A DNA stretch of 63,803 bases. Source: Alphaproteobacteria bacterium. GTDB taxonomy: Bacteria; Pseudomonadota; Alphaproteobacteria; Reyranellales; JAQSWP01. The translations under genes were made by a program, and so were the position numbers. Every line of letters begins with the position of its first letter. The first letter of the stretch is position 1. This document shows positions 1-9,991 of the stretch, piece after piece. The stretch is from NCBI GenBank assembly GCA_029266575.1, contig JAQSWP010000010.1, forward strand, positions 1 through 63,803, written 5' to 3'. The notes beneath the pieces are model-generated. The model saw only the letters and a program-made list of their open reading frames with translations, had not been told where the DNA came from and searched no databases.

Positions 1-741
1 ATCGTGACGATCAACCGTCCCGACGTCATGAATGCGCTCCATCCCATGGCCAATCAGGAGCTGGCGGCCGCCTTCGACGACTTCGCCGCCGATCCCGACC
101 TTTGGGTTGCCATCATCACTGGCGCCGGCGACCGAGCCTTCAGCGCCGGCAACGATTTGAAATACCAAGCCACCACTTTGGCCGGCCAGCGAGCCAAAAA
201 GCCGGAAGCCGGTTTTGGCGGCATCACCAGCCGGTTCGATCTCAACAAACCCATCATCGCGGCGGTCAATGGCATCGCCATGGGCGGCGGTTTCGAGATC
301 GCGCTGGCGTGCGACATCATCATCGCCGCGGAGAATGCTATCTTCGCCCTGCCGGAACCGCGAGTGGGGCTGGCGGCGCTGGCAGGCGGCGTGCACCGCC
401 TGCCGCGCATGATCCCGATCAAGCAAGCCATGGGCATGATGCTGACCGGCCGCCGGGTCAGCGCCAGGGAAGGCAAGGAAATGGGTTTCGTCACGGAGGT
501 GGTGAAACAGGGTGAGGCGATGGCCGAGGCCCGTCGCTGGGCCGGGCTGATCCTGGAATGCTCGCCCATGTCCATCCGCGCCACCAAGGAAGCGGCCATG
601 CAGGGGCTGATGAAAGCCTCGGTTCGGGATGCCATGACCGGCCAGTATCCTGCGGTCGAAGCCATGATCGGCAGCCAGGATTTCGTCGAAGGGCCGAAGG
701 CCTTTGCCGAGAAGCGGCCGCCGAACTGGAAAGGCCGCTGA
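1..741 (+). CDS. enoyl-CoA hydratase/isomerase (crotonase) family protein, 5' end cut by window edge
   Basis: The frame is open from position 1 (IVTINRPDVMNAL...). Crotonase motifs AFSAGNDLK and NGIAMGGGFEIALACD are present. Stop at 739-741. Confidence 0.85.
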   Translation: MVTINRPDVMNALHPMANQELAAAFDDFAADPDLWVAIITGAGDRAFSAGNDLKYQATTLAGQRAKKPEAGFGGITSRFDLNKPIIAAVNGIAMGGGFEIALACDIIIAAENAIFALPEPRVGLAALAGGVHRLPRMIPIKQAMGMMLTGRRVSAREGKEMGFVTEVVKQGEAMAEARRWAGLILECSPMSIRATKEAAMQGLMKASVRDAMTGQYPAVEAMIGSQDFVEGPKAFAEKRPPNWKGR

Positions 742-956
742 CATCGGAAAGCGACGGTACCCGCGCCTCTCGCCGCCGCGCGAACCGATGGGAGCCGATC
801 GTCAAGCTGCCCGACTGTGAATCCATGCCGGCCTGATCTTCGTGTCGGAGCAAGGTCTGCGGTACATCCGCGCCAGTGCCCGCCAGTCTCTGGCCGCCGA
901 ATAGCCGGAAGGATCGCGCTTGCCAGCCGGGCGGGGAGCGTCTCAAATCGGCGGCC

Positions 957-2141
957 ATGCGCCCCGTCCGGCTGGCCTATCTCGTCACCCACCCGATCCA
1001 GTATCAAGCGCCGCTGCTGCGGCGGATAGCGGCCGAGCCCGATATCGAGTTGACGGCGCTGTTCGAAGACGATTTCAGCACCCGCGATCATATCGACCAC
1101 GGCTTCGGCCGCGCCATCGCATGGGACGTCAAACTCGTGGATGGCTATCGCCACCGGTTTCTGACCCCGTTGCGCGCGCGGCCCGTCGGCGGGACCACAT
1201 CGTTCTGGTGGCCGTTGTCGAAGGATCTGGGCGGGATCCTGCGCACGGGCGATTTCGACGCGCTCTGGGTGCACGGCTACAAAACCGCCAATCACCTGTC
1301 GGCGATGGCGCTGGCGCGCCGCTATGGCATGACCGTGCTGTTGCGCGACGAGACCAATGCCGACAGCCAGCCGCGCTCCGCGTTGCGCAAAACCGCCAAG
1401 CGCGTTGCCTTCAAGGCGATGGACCGGCTGGTCGATACGTTCCTCGCCATCGGCACTGCCAATGCGCGGCATCTGATGGAGCTTGGCATCGCGCCGACCA
1501 AGCTGATCACCATGCCCTATGCCGTCGACAACGCGCATTTCGCCCGCAACCTCGCGCAGGCCGACGCCGCCGGAACCCGCACCCGCTATGGTATCGCGCC
1601 CGATCAGAACCTGATCCTGTTCAGCGCCAAACTGATCGAGCGCAAACGGCCAATGGATTTGCTGCAGGCAGTGGCGGCGCTGCAACGCGAGACGGCATCA
1701 CGCCCCGCCCTCATCCTGGCAGGCGATGGCGAGTTGATGCCGCAGCTGAAGGAAGCAGTGCAGAATCTGGGCTTGCGCGACACGCATCTGCCGGGCTTCC
1801 AGACGCAGGCCGAACTCGCCGGACTCTACGCCGCCGCCGACGTGCTGGTGCTGCCATCCGAACGCGAAGCCTGGGGGCTGGTGATCAACGAAGCCATGAA
1901 CGGCGGTTGCGCCATCATCGCCAGCGATCGCATCGGTGCGGCGCCAGATCTGGTGCAGGATAACGGCGTCGTCTATCCGGTGGGCGATGTCGCGGCGCTG
2001 ACGCGCGCCCTGCAATCGATGCTGGAAAGCGATGCCAGGCTGGAGAGGATGCAGCAGCGCAGCCGCGAAATCATCGCCGGCTGGAGTTTCGAGCAGGACG
2101 TGCAGGCGTTGCGCATGGCATTGGACCTGCCTGCCCGCTAG
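957..2141 (+). CDS. glycosyltransferase, GT-B fold (family 4-like)
   Basis: Lies in ORF 876-2141. ATG 957 chosen (MRPVRLAYLVTHPIQYQ...). C-terminal signature LPSEREAWGLVINEAMNGGCAIIASD (E-x7-E). Start uncertain. Confidence 0.8.
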   Translation: MRPVRLAYLVTHPIQYQAPLLRRIAAEPDIELTALFEDDFSTRDHIDHGFGRAIAWDVKLVDGYRHRFLTPLRARPVGGTTSFWWPLSKDLGGILRTGDFDALWVHGYKTANHLSAMALARRYGMTVLLRDETNADSQPRSALRKTAKRVAFKAMDRLVDTFLAIGTANARHLMELGIAPTKLITMPYAVDNAHFARNLAQADAAGTRTRYGIAPDQNLILFSAKLIERKRPMDLLQAVAALQRETASRPALILAGDGELMPQLKEAVQNLGLRDTHLPGFQTQAELAGLYAAADVLVLPSEREAWGLVINEAMNGGCAIIASDRIGAAPDLVQDNGVVYPVGDVAALTRALQSMLESDARLERMQQRSREIIAGWSFEQDVQALRMALDLPAR

Positions 2142-3022
2142 CGGGTGAACTCGAATCGGAAAGCGTCGCCCTGCCGGTGCACGTAACCGCAATGCGGGGC
2201 GGCGAAATGGGCCGGCAGCATCAGCGCATGATGTTCGGCGCAATGCTCCAGCACGCGGCGACGCGATTTGGCGGCGGCCGGCGGATCGACGCAGAAGCGG
2301 CTGTTCCACTCCGGATGCCAGACCTGCAGCGGATGATGCAGGATGTCGCCGGTAAATAGCCCCTGCTCGCCTTTCGACGTCGCCTGCATGGTGATGCTGC
2401 CCGGCGTGTGGCCGGGCGCGGAGCGGATCAGCAGATTGTCGTCGATGGCGTGCTCGGCGCCGACCATGTCGGCCTTGCCCGCAGCGACGATCGGCAGCAC
2501 GCCGTCGTTGAAGGCGCCGTGCTGGGCCGGTCGCTCCGGGTTGGCCTCGTTCTCGGCGTTGTAATGATCGAAATCGGCCTTGGAGAAGAGATAGCGCGCA
2601 TTGGGAAAGGTCGGCACGAAACGGCCATTCTCCTCGATCGTGTTCCAGCCGACATGGTCGATATGCAAATGCGTGCACAGCACGAAATCGACCTGTTCGC
2701 GCTTGACGCCGGCAGCCGCCAGATTATGCAGCCAAGGCGTATCGAGCTGGTGCCCGTCGCGGAAGCCCGGCCGGTTGCGCTGGTTGCCGAAACAGGTGTC
2801 GATCAGGATGGTGTGGTGGTCGGTGCGCAGCACCCAGGTGTGGATGCTCATGTTCAGCCGCTTGGACTGCGGATCGAAATAGGTCGGCGACAGCCAGTCC
2901 TTATGGACGGTTTCGTGCTCGGGCGTGAAGGCGGCGAACATCTTCCCCGCCTCGATCAGCGGGATCATCATTTCCTCGACGCGCGACAGTCTCATCGCAC
3001 CGATCTGCCGCTGCGCCGCCAT
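2138..3022 (-). CDS. MBL-fold metallo-hydrolase
   Basis: C-terminal third of a 664-aa ORF. Contains the HxHxDH motif (CTHLHIDHVGW). Start is ATG 3022 (alternative 2995). The upstream part of the long ORF is high-GC read-through antisense to the CoA-transferase gene. Confidence 0.8.
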   Translation of the reverse strand: MAAQRQIGAMRLSRVEEMMIPLIEAGKMFAAFTPEHETVHKDWLSPTYFDPQSKRLNMSIHTWVLRTDHHTILIDTCFGNQRNRPGFRDGHQLDTPWLHNLAAAGVKREQVDFVLCTHLHIDHVGWNTIEENGRFVPTFPNARYLFSKADFDHYNAENEANPERPAQHGAFNDGVLPIVAAGKADMVGAEHAIDDNLLIRSAPGHTPGSITMQATSKGEQGLFTGDILHHPLQVWHPEWNSRFCVDPPAAAKSRRRVLEHCAEHHALMLPAHFAAPHCGYVHRQGDAFRFEFTR

Positions 3023-3127
3023 GACACGCTCCTCCACGCTTTTCCCTGGGCTACAGGATAGTCTATGTCTGCGCCCCCGGTGCAGCAGCAAACCCATCCG
3101 ATTCCGGTCGGCGAAATGGAAGTTCAT

Positions 3128-4336
3128 ATGTCTCAAGGCAAAAGCGCCGGCGCCATGGCCGGCTACCGCGTCCTCGATCTCTCGCGCGTGCTGGGCGGAC
3201 CGTTCTGCGGCCAGATCCTGGCCGATCACGGCGCGGAGGTGATCAAGATCGAGCCGCCGCAGGGCGACGAAACGCGCGACTGGGGTGCGCCGCTGGACAA
3301 TGGCGCTTCGGCCTATTTCGCCGGCATCAACCGCAACAAGCGCGATCTCGGCCTCGATGTCGGCTCGCCGAAAGGCCGCGAGGTGCTGCTGAAGCTGCTC
3401 GAGACCGCCGACGTGCTGATCGAGAACTTCAAGACCGGCACCTTGGAGAAATGGGGCCTCGGCTATCACGACGTGCTGCAGAAGAAGTTTCCCCGCCTGG
3501 TGCAGGCCAGGGTCACCGGTTTCGGCGCCGATGGTCCGTTCGGCGGCTATCCCGGCTACGACGCCATGGTGCAGGCCTGGTCGGGGCTGAACTCCATCAA
3601 TGGCGCGCCGGAGAGCGGACCGGTGCGCATCGGCGTGCCGGTGATCGATCTCAGCACCGGCATGAATGCCTGTATCGGCATCCTGATGGCGCTGCTCGAG
3701 CGCGAACGATCCGGCAAGGGCCAGTTCGTTGAAGTGGCGCTCTACGACTCCGGCATCATGCTGCAGCACCCGCATGCGCCCAACTGGCTGCTGCAGCAAA
3801 AACGCCCGCGCCTGGTCGGCAACAGCCACGACAATCTGGCGCCCTACGCGCTGATCAAGGCCAAGGGTTGCGACGTGGTGGTGGGCGCCGGCAACAATCC
3901 GCAGTTCCGCAAACTGTGCGAGATGCTGGGCAAGCCGGAGTTGGCCAGGGATCCCCGCTTTCTCACCAATGCCGAGCGCCTGGCGCATAAGGAGGAACTG
4001 GTGAAGGAGCTGCAGGCGCTGATGGGCGAGCGCGACGGCGAGGCTTTCGCCGAAGAGCTGATGAAGAACGGCGTGCCGGGCGGCGCGGTGCGCGATCTGC
4101 CGGCCGTGCTCGAACATCCGCACACCAAGCATCGTGAAATGGTGGTCGAGTTGGATGGCTATAAAGGCACTGGCATTCCCATCAAGCTCTCGCGCACGCC
4201 GGGCAGCGTGCGCGCCAAGCCGCCGAAATTCGGCCAGGATAGCGACGCGGTGCTGCGCGAAGCCGGCTTCTCGGACGCCGAGATCGCCACCTTAAGGAAG
4301 GACGGCATCGTGCCAACCGAACGCCGCAAGGTTTGA
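3128..4336 (+). CDS. CaiB/BaiF family (class III) CoA-transferase
   Basis: ATG 3128 is preceded by GGAAG. The N-terminus GYRVLDLSRVLGGPFCGQILADHGAEVIKIE is typical of family III CoA-transferases. Confidence 0.85.
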   Translation: MSQGKSAGAMAGYRVLDLSRVLGGPFCGQILADHGAEVIKIEPPQGDETRDWGAPLDNGASAYFAGINRNKRDLGLDVGSPKGREVLLKLLETADVLIENFKTGTLEKWGLGYHDVLQKKFPRLVQARVTGFGADGPFGGYPGYDAMVQAWSGLNSINGAPESGPVRIGVPVIDLSTGMNACIGILMALLERERSGKGQFVEVALYDSGIMLQHPHAPNWLLQQKRPRLVGNSHDNLAPYALIKAKGCDVVVGAGNNPQFRKLCEMLGKPELARDPRFLTNAERLAHKEELVKELQALMGERDGEAFAEELMKNGVPGGAVRDLPAVLEHPHTKHREMVVELDGYKGTGIPIKLSRTPGSVRAKPPKFGQDSDAVLREAGFSDAEIATLRKDGIVPTERRKV

Positions 4337-4339
4337 CCC

Positions 4340-5185
4340 ATGTTCCAGACCGATCTGCTCAAGGGCAAACGCATCCTGATCACCGGCGGCGGCACGGGTC
4401 TTGGCCGCAGCATCGGCAAGCGTTATCTGGAACTTGGCGCGGAACTGGTGATCTGCGGCCGGCGGCTGGAGGTGCTGGAAGCCACCGCCAAGGAATTGTC
4501 GCAGGAGACAGGTGGCAAGGTCATGCCACTGCAATGCGACGTGCGCGACGCCGATGCGGTCGAGCAGATGATGAACCGGATTTGGGAAAGCGGGCCGCTC
4601 GACATTCTGGTCAACAATGCCGCCGGCACGTTCCTCGCACAGACGCACAAGCTCTCGCCGCGCGCCATCGATTCGGTGCTGGGCATCGTGCTGCATGGCT
4701 CGGCCTATTGCACCGTCGCTGCCGGAAGGCGGTGGATCGAGGCCGGTCAGCCCGGCTGTGTGCTGTCGATCCTGACTCTGGGCGCGCTGACCGGCGCACC
4801 CTTCACCGCGCCTTCGGCGATGGCCAAGGCCGGCGTGCTGGCCATGACCAGGAGCTTGGCCGCCGAATGGGGACCGAAAGGCATCCGCCTGGTCGCCATC
4901 GCTCCCGGCCCCTTCCCGACACCGGGCGCCTGGGAACGTTTGATGCCCGAACAAAAAACCAAGGGCGATCCGGTCGAGAAGACCATTCCACTGCGCCGGG
5001 TCGGGCAGCACGAGGAACTGGCCAATCTGGCGAGCTTCCTAGTCAGCGACCAGGCCGGCTATATCACAGGCGAATGCGTTGTAATCGACGGCGGCAAGAT
5101 GCTGATCGGCGGCGGCGGGGGCGTAAACACCGCTTCCATGCTCGACTGGACCGACGCGCAATGGGCCGAACTGCGTAAAAAATAA
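4340..5185 (+). CDS. SDR family oxidoreductase (2,4-dienoyl-CoA reductase-like)
   Basis: Motifs ITGGGTGLGRS (Rossmann), NNAAG and SAMAKAGVLAMTRSLA. Starts 3 nt after the CoA-transferase stop. Confidence 0.8.
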   Translation: MFQTDLLKGKRILITGGGTGLGRSIGKRYLELGAELVICGRRLEVLEATAKELSQETGGKVMPLQCDVRDADAVEQMMNRIWESGPLDILVNNAAGTFLAQTHKLSPRAIDSVLGIVLHGSAYCTVAAGRRWIEAGQPGCVLSILTLGALTGAPFTAPSAMAKAGVLAMTRSLAAEWGPKGIRLVAIAPGPFPTPGAWERLMPEQKTKGDPVEKTIPLRRVGQHEELANLASFLVSDQAGYITGECVVIDGGKMLIGGGGGVNTASMLDWTDAQWAELRKK

Positions 5186-5301
5186 CCCGCCCGCCCCGGC
5201 GTAAAACGCCCGCCAGCCATTACATGCTGGAGGTGCGGGCGGCTTGCTTCGCGGCCGCAGCAATCGCAGTATCTGCACCCGATTTTCGACGGAGGCGACA
5301 A

Positions 5302-6507
5302 ATGTTGACCAGGCGTGGCGTTCTGACCGCAGCGGCGTTCTCGACGGTGCTGGGTCTCGGCCTGCCGGCTTTGGCCCAGAGCACGATCAAGATCGGCGAG
5401 ATGAACTCCTACAAGGTGTTTCCAGCCTTCCTTGATCCATACAAAAAGGGCTGGGAATTGGCGGTCGAGGAAGTGAACGCCGCAGGCGGCGTGCTGGGCA
5501 AGAAGATCGAGATCGTCTCGCGCGACGACAACGGCACGCCGGGCGATGCGGTGCGGGTGGCCGAAGAGCTGGTCAGCCGCGAGAACGTCGTACTGCTGGT
5601 CGGCACCTTCCCGTCCAATGTCGGGCTGGCGGTGGCTGACTTCGCCAAGCAGAAGAAGATCCTGTTCATCGCCGCCGAGCCGCTGACCGACAAGATCGTC
5701 TGGGAAGCCGGCAACAAGTATACGTTCCGCCTGCGCGCCTCGACCTACATGCAGACCGCCATGCTGGTGCCGGAAGCGGCCAAGCTGAAGAAGAAGCGCT
5801 GGGCCATCGTCTATCCCAACTACGAATACGGCCAGGCGGCGACGGCGGCATTCAAGAAGCTGATCAAGGAACAGCAGCCCGACGTCGAGTTCGTCGTCGA
5901 GCAGGCCGTGCCGCTCAACAAGATTGAGGCCGGCCCCGTGGTGCAGGCCATCGCCGACGCCAAGCCGGATGCGATCTTCTCCTCGCTCTTCGCCGCCGAT
6001 CTCGCCAAGTTCGTGCGCGAGGGCAATACGCGCGGGCTGTTCAAGGATATGGCGGTGTTCAACATCCTGGGCGGCGAGCCGGAATATCTCGATCCGCTGA
6101 AGGACGAGACGCCTTCGGGCTGGTACGTCACCGGCTATCCCTGGGACCAGATCAAGACGCCCGAACACACCAAGTTCAAAGACGCCTATATGAAGAAGTA
6201 CAACGACTACCCGCGCCTGGGCTCGATCGTCGGCTATTCCAGCGTCATGTCGGCAGTGGCGGCGATCAGGAAGGCGAACTCGACCGACACTGAGAAAATG
6301 GTGGCGGCGATGAAGGGCCTGACCCACTCGACGCCGTTCGGCGACATCACCTATCGCGCGCTCGACCACCAATCGACCATGGGCGCCTATGTCGGCCGGC
6401 TGGCGCAGAAGGACGGCAAGGGCGTGATGGTGGACTGGACCTACGCCGACGGCGCCAAGTTCCTGCCCTCCGACGCCGACGTCAAAAAGATGCGACCGGC
6501 CGACTAG
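5302..6507 (+). CDS. ABC transporter substrate-binding protein, Leu/Ile/Val-binding (LivJ/K-like) family
   Basis: ATG 5302 follows GGAGG. Signal-like N-terminus MLTRRGVLTAAAFSTVLGLGLPALAQ. Followed by Liv-type permease and ATPase genes. Confidence 0.85.
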   Translation: MLTRRGVLTAAAFSTVLGLGLPALAQSTIKIGEMNSYKVFPAFLDPYKKGWELAVEEVNAAGGVLGKKIEIVSRDDNGTPGDAVRVAEELVSRENVVLLVGTFPSNVGLAVADFAKQKKILFIAAEPLTDKIVWEAGNKYTFRLRASTYMQTAMLVPEAAKLKKKRWAIVYPNYEYGQAATAAFKKLIKEQQPDVEFVVEQAVPLNKIEAGPVVQAIADAKPDAIFSSLFAADLAKFVREGNTRGLFKDMAVFNILGGEPEYLDPLKDETPSGWYVTGYPWDQIKTPEHTKFKDAYMKKYNDYPRLGSIVGYSSVMSAVAAIRKANSTDTEKMVAAMKGLTHSTPFGDITYRALDHQSTMGAYVGRLAQKDGKGVMVDWTYADGAKFLPSDADVKKMRPAD

Positions 6508-6569
6508 GCCGCTATTGTGGTGGCGGCGCCTTCCGAAACGAAGGCGCCGTTCCACCATCGGCAGCGCGC

Positions 6570-8456
6570 GTGACCTTTTCCAGCATCGTCCTGCAATTCA
6601 TCAACGGGCTGGCCGGAACCTCCTCGCTGTTCCTGGTCGCGGCCGGGCTGTCGCTGATCTTCGGCGTCACCCGCATCGTCAATTTCGCGCATGGCTCCTT
6701 CTACATGCTGGGGCTTTACGTCGCCTATAGCGCCATCGGATTCTTCGGCACCACGATCCTCGGCTTCTGGGGCGGCATCGTCGCTGCCGCGCTCGTCATC
6801 GGCGTGCTGGGCGCGGTTATCGAAATCCTCGTGCTGCGCCGCATCTACCAGGCGCCGGAACTGTTCCAGCTTCTCGCCACCTTCGCCGTCGTGCTGGTGA
6901 TCAAGGATGCCGCGCTCGGCATCTGGGGACCGGAAGACTTGCTGGGCCCACGGGCGCCGGGGTTGCGCGATGCCGTCACCATCCTGGGCGGCAACGTGCC
7001 GCAATACGATCTGGCGCTGATCGTGATCGGACCGCTGGTGCTGGCCGCGCTGTGGCTGCTGCTGAACCGCACGCGGTTCGGCATTTTGATCCGCGCCGCC
7101 ACCCAAGACCGCGAAATGGTCGCCGCGCTGGGCGTCAACCAGAAGCATTTGTTCACCGCCGTGTTTTTCCTGGGCTCGCTCTTGGCCGGACTGGGCGGTG
7201 CGGTACAGATCCCGCGCGAGCCGGCGCAGCTGTTCCTCGACATCGCCGTGATCGCCGACGCGTTCGTCGTCGTCGTGGTCGGCGGGCTGGGCAGCATCCC
7301 CGGCGCCTTCCTGGCCGCCTTCATCATCAGCGTCGTGAAAGCTTTCTGCATCGGCATCGGCGATGTGACGATCCTCGGCTTCGATGTTTCCTTCAGCAAA
7401 CTGACGCTGGTAGTAGAGTTTGTGATCATGGCCATCGTGCTGGTGGTGCGGCCGTGGGGCCTGCTGGGCAGGCCGCAAGGGCAACAACGCGGCGCCGGCA
7501 TGCTGAGCCAGCCGCTGCCACAGATCGGCCGGCGCTTTCTCCTCATCGCCGGCAGCATCGTAGTCCTGCTGGCCCTGCTGCCGGCGCTGGGAGATCGCTA
7601 TCTGCTGGTGCTGCTGATCGACATCCTGATCTTCGCCCTGTTTGCCGCCAGCCTGCATTTCCTGATAGGGCCGGCCGGCATGGTGTCGTTTGGACATGCC
7701 GCCTATTTCGGGCTGGGCGCTTATGGCGCGGCCTTGCTGTTGAAGCAGGCCGGATTGCCCATGGAACTGGCCCTGTTGCTGGCGCCGCTGGTTGCCGGAG
7801 CGGGCGCGCTGCTGTTCGGCTGGTTCGCCGTGCGCTTGAGCGGCGTCTATCTCGCTATGCTTACGCTGGCTTTCGCGCAGATCGTGTGGTCGATCGCGTT
7901 TCAGTGGGACGCTTTCACCGGCGGCTCCAACGGCATGGTCGGGATTTGGCCTGCCGAATGGCTGTCCAGCCGCACCGTGTTTTTCTATCTGACCCTGATC
8001 GTCTGCCTCGGCGCTGTCGCCGGTTTGTGGCGGATCCTCTATTCGCCTTTTGGCTATGCCATGCGCGCCGGCCGTGACTCGCCTCTGCGCGCCGAAGCGA
8101 TCGGCATCGACGTGCGATCCGTACAGTGGTTTGCCTTCGCCATCGCCGGCCTGTTCGCTGGTATCGCCGGCGCGCTGTTCGCCTTTTCCAAAGGCAGCAT
8201 CTCGCCCGACCTGCTTGGCATCCCGCGCTCGGTCGATGCGCTGGTCATGGTGTTGCTGGGTGGCGTACAGACCCTGGTCGGGCCAGTGGTCGGCGCGGCG
8301 ATCTTCACCTGGCTGCAGGACGAGATCGCCCGCGCCACCGAATACTGGCGCGCCATATTGGGGCTGGTGATTCTGCTGCTGGTGATCGCCTTCCCGCAGG
8401 GCATCGCCGGGTTTGCCGGCCGCCTGCTGGCGCGCCGCCGGAGCGCCCAATCATGA
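6570..8456 (+). CDS. branched-chain amino acid ABC transporter permease, fused LivH-like + LivM-like halves
   Basis: Single 628-aa ORF with a GTG start. The N-half is LivH-like (FINGLAG..., NFAHGSFYMLG). The C-half is LivM-like (GMVSFGHAAYFGLGAY). Confidence 0.85.
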   Translation: MTFSSIVLQFINGLAGTSSLFLVAAGLSLIFGVTRIVNFAHGSFYMLGLYVAYSAIGFFGTTILGFWGGIVAAALVIGVLGAVIEILVLRRIYQAPELFQLLATFAVVLVIKDAALGIWGPEDLLGPRAPGLRDAVTILGGNVPQYDLALIVIGPLVLAALWLLLNRTRFGILIRAATQDREMVAALGVNQKHLFTAVFFLGSLLAGLGGAVQIPREPAQLFLDIAVIADAFVVVVVGGLGSIPGAFLAAFIISVVKAFCIGIGDVTILGFDVSFSKLTLVVEFVIMAIVLVVRPWGLLGRPQGQQRGAGMLSQPLPQIGRRFLLIAGSIVVLLALLPALGDRYLLVLLIDILIFALFAASLHFLIGPAGMVSFGHAAYFGLGAYGAALLLKQAGLPMELALLLAPLVAGAGALLFGWFAVRLSGVYLAMLTLAFAQIVWSIAFQWDAFTGGSNGMVGIWPAEWLSSRTVFFYLTLIVCLGAVAGLWRILYSPFGYAMRAGRDSPLRAEAIGIDVRSVQWFAFAIAGLFAGIAGALFAFSKGSISPDLLGIPRSVDALVMVLLGGVQTLVGPVVGAAIFTWLQDEIARATEYWRAILGLVILLLVIAFPQGIAGFAGRLLARRRSAQS

Positions 8457-9211
8457 GCGCCGTGCTCGCCGTACAGGATCTGCGCAAAGCCTTTGGCGGC
8501 GTGCAGGCGGTCGCCGGCGTTTCCTTCGCCATCGCCGCCGGCGAGTTGCTGGCGCTGATCGGCCCCAATGGCGCGGGCAAGACCACCTGCTTCAATCTGG
8601 TTAATGGCCAGCTCGACGCCGATGCCGGCGAAGTGCAGTTGCTGGGACGGCGCATCACCGGTTTGCCGCCGCGGAAGATCTGGGGGCTGGGCGTTGGCCG
8701 CACCTTCCAGATCACCGCCACCTTCGCCTCCATGAGCGTGCGCGAAAACGTGCAGATGGCGCTGCTGTCGCATCACAAGCGTCTGCGCGCCGTCTTCGCA
8801 AGAGCTGGCGATCTTTACGCTGCCGAGGCCCTGGCGCTGCTCGAAAAGGTCGGCATGGCCAATCAGGCCGAACGACGCTGCAGCGTGCTGGCCTATGGCG
8901 ATCTCAAAAGGGTCGAGCTGGCCGTGGCGCTGGCCAACAGCCCGCGCCTGCTGCTGATGGACGAGCCGACGGCCGGCATGGCGCCGGAGGAACGCAAGGA
9001 ATTGATGGAGTTGACGGCGCGGCTGGCCAAGGGCGATAGCATGGCGGTGCTGTTCACCGAGCACGACATGGATGTGGTGTTCACCCATGCCGACCGCATC
9101 GTCGTGCTCGACCGCGGCAAAATCATCGCCCAAGGCGCGCCCGCCGATGTGCGGGCCGATCCGCGGGTGCAACGAGTCTATCTCGGCGGCCAGTCCGCGC
9201 GAACGCGCTGA
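8453..9211 (+). CDS. livG: ABC transporter ATP-binding protein (LivG-like)
   Basis: ATG 8453 overlaps the permease stop (ATGA). Walker A GPNGAGKTT, signature region AYGDLKRVELA, Walker B LLLMDEPTAGM. Confidence 0.9.
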   Translation: MSAVLAVQDLRKAFGGVQAVAGVSFAIAAGELLALIGPNGAGKTTCFNLVNGQLDADAGEVQLLGRRITGLPPRKIWGLGVGRTFQITATFASMSVRENVQMALLSHHKRLRAVFARAGDLYAAEALALLEKVGMANQAERRCSVLAYGDLKRVELAVALANSPRLLLMDEPTAGMAPEERKELMELTARLAKGDSMAVLFTEHDMDVVFTHADRIVVLDRGKIIAQGAPADVRADPRVQRVYLGGQSARTR

Positions 9212-9912
9212 TGCTCTCGCTGCGCAATCTGCACGCCTGTTACGGCCAGGCGCATATCCTGGCCGACGTTTCGCTCGACGTCGGCGCGGGCGAGGTCGTG
9301 GTGCTGCTGGGCCGCAACGGCGCGGGCAAGTCCACGACGCTGAAATCGATCATGGGCCTGCTGCCACCGCACAGCGGCGAGATCCATTTCGACGGCGCAC
9401 GCATCGACGGCAAGGCGCCGCACGACATCGCGCGCCTCGGCCTCGGTTACGTGCCGGAGGATCGGCGTATCTTCACCGACCTGACGGTCGAGGAGAATCT
9501 CGAGGTTGGCCGCCAGGCAGAGCGGGCCAAGACGCCGCTATGGACGCCGGAGAGAGTCTTCGCCCTCTTTCCCAATCTCGCCGAGATGCGCCATCGCTCT
9601 GCCGCGCAGATGTCGGGCGGCGAGCAGCAGATGCTCGCCATCGCCCGCACTCTGATGGGCAATCCCCGCCTGCTGCTGCTGGACGAACCGTCGGAAGGAC
9701 TGGCGCCGGTCATTATCGCGCAAATGGCGCGCAGCATCGGCGAATTGAAGTCGCAGGGGCTGACGGTCCTGCTGTCGGAACAGAACCTGCATTTCGCCAG
9801 TCAGGTTGCGGATCGCGCCTATGTGTTGGAGAAAGGCCGCATCCGCTATCAGGGTGCGATAACGGAACTGGCGAACGATCCCGACGCCCGGCGAGCCTAT
9901 CTGTCGGTATAA
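9211..9912 (+). CDS. livF: ABC transporter ATP-binding protein (LivF-like)
   Basis: The start overlaps the preceding stop. Motifs GRNGAGKSTT, MSGGEQQML and LLLLDEPSEGLAP. Confidence 0.9.
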   Translation: MLSLRNLHACYGQAHILADVSLDVGAGEVVVLLGRNGAGKSTTLKSIMGLLPPHSGEIHFDGARIDGKAPHDIARLGLGYVPEDRRIFTDLTVEENLEVGRQAERAKTPLWTPERVFALFPNLAEMRHRSAAQMSGGEQQMLAIARTLMGNPRLLLLDEPSEGLAPVIIAQMARSIGELKSQGLTVLLSEQNLHFASQVADRAYVLEKGRIRYQGAITELANDPDARRAYLSV

Positions 9913-9991
9913 GCTGCCGGGCCCATGACACGTCGAAATCCCTTTTCGCCATGCTATGCTGGGACGAGAAACAGCGCGAGGAGGATCTGGC

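Noticed and set aside
54-1685. Very long ORFs antisense to or overlapping the annotated genes. Examples: 54-1685(-), 6504-8450(-), 16220-17818(+), 32983-35100(+), 43613-44737(+), 49240-50688(+), 54119-55516(+), 58067-59296(+).
   Set aside because: Their products are Arg/Ala/Gly/Pro-rich low-complexity sequences with no motifs. They lie opposite genes with unmistakable family signatures. This is the expected stop-codon-poor artefact of high-GC DNA.
2134-2145. A 12-bp perfect palindrome CCCGCTAGCGGG in which the central CTAG supplies the stop codons of both convergent genes (glycosyltransferase and MBL hydrolase).
   Set aside because: It is too short and has no loop, so it cannot form a terminator hairpin. 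It is most simply a coincidence of two TAG stops sharing CTAG.
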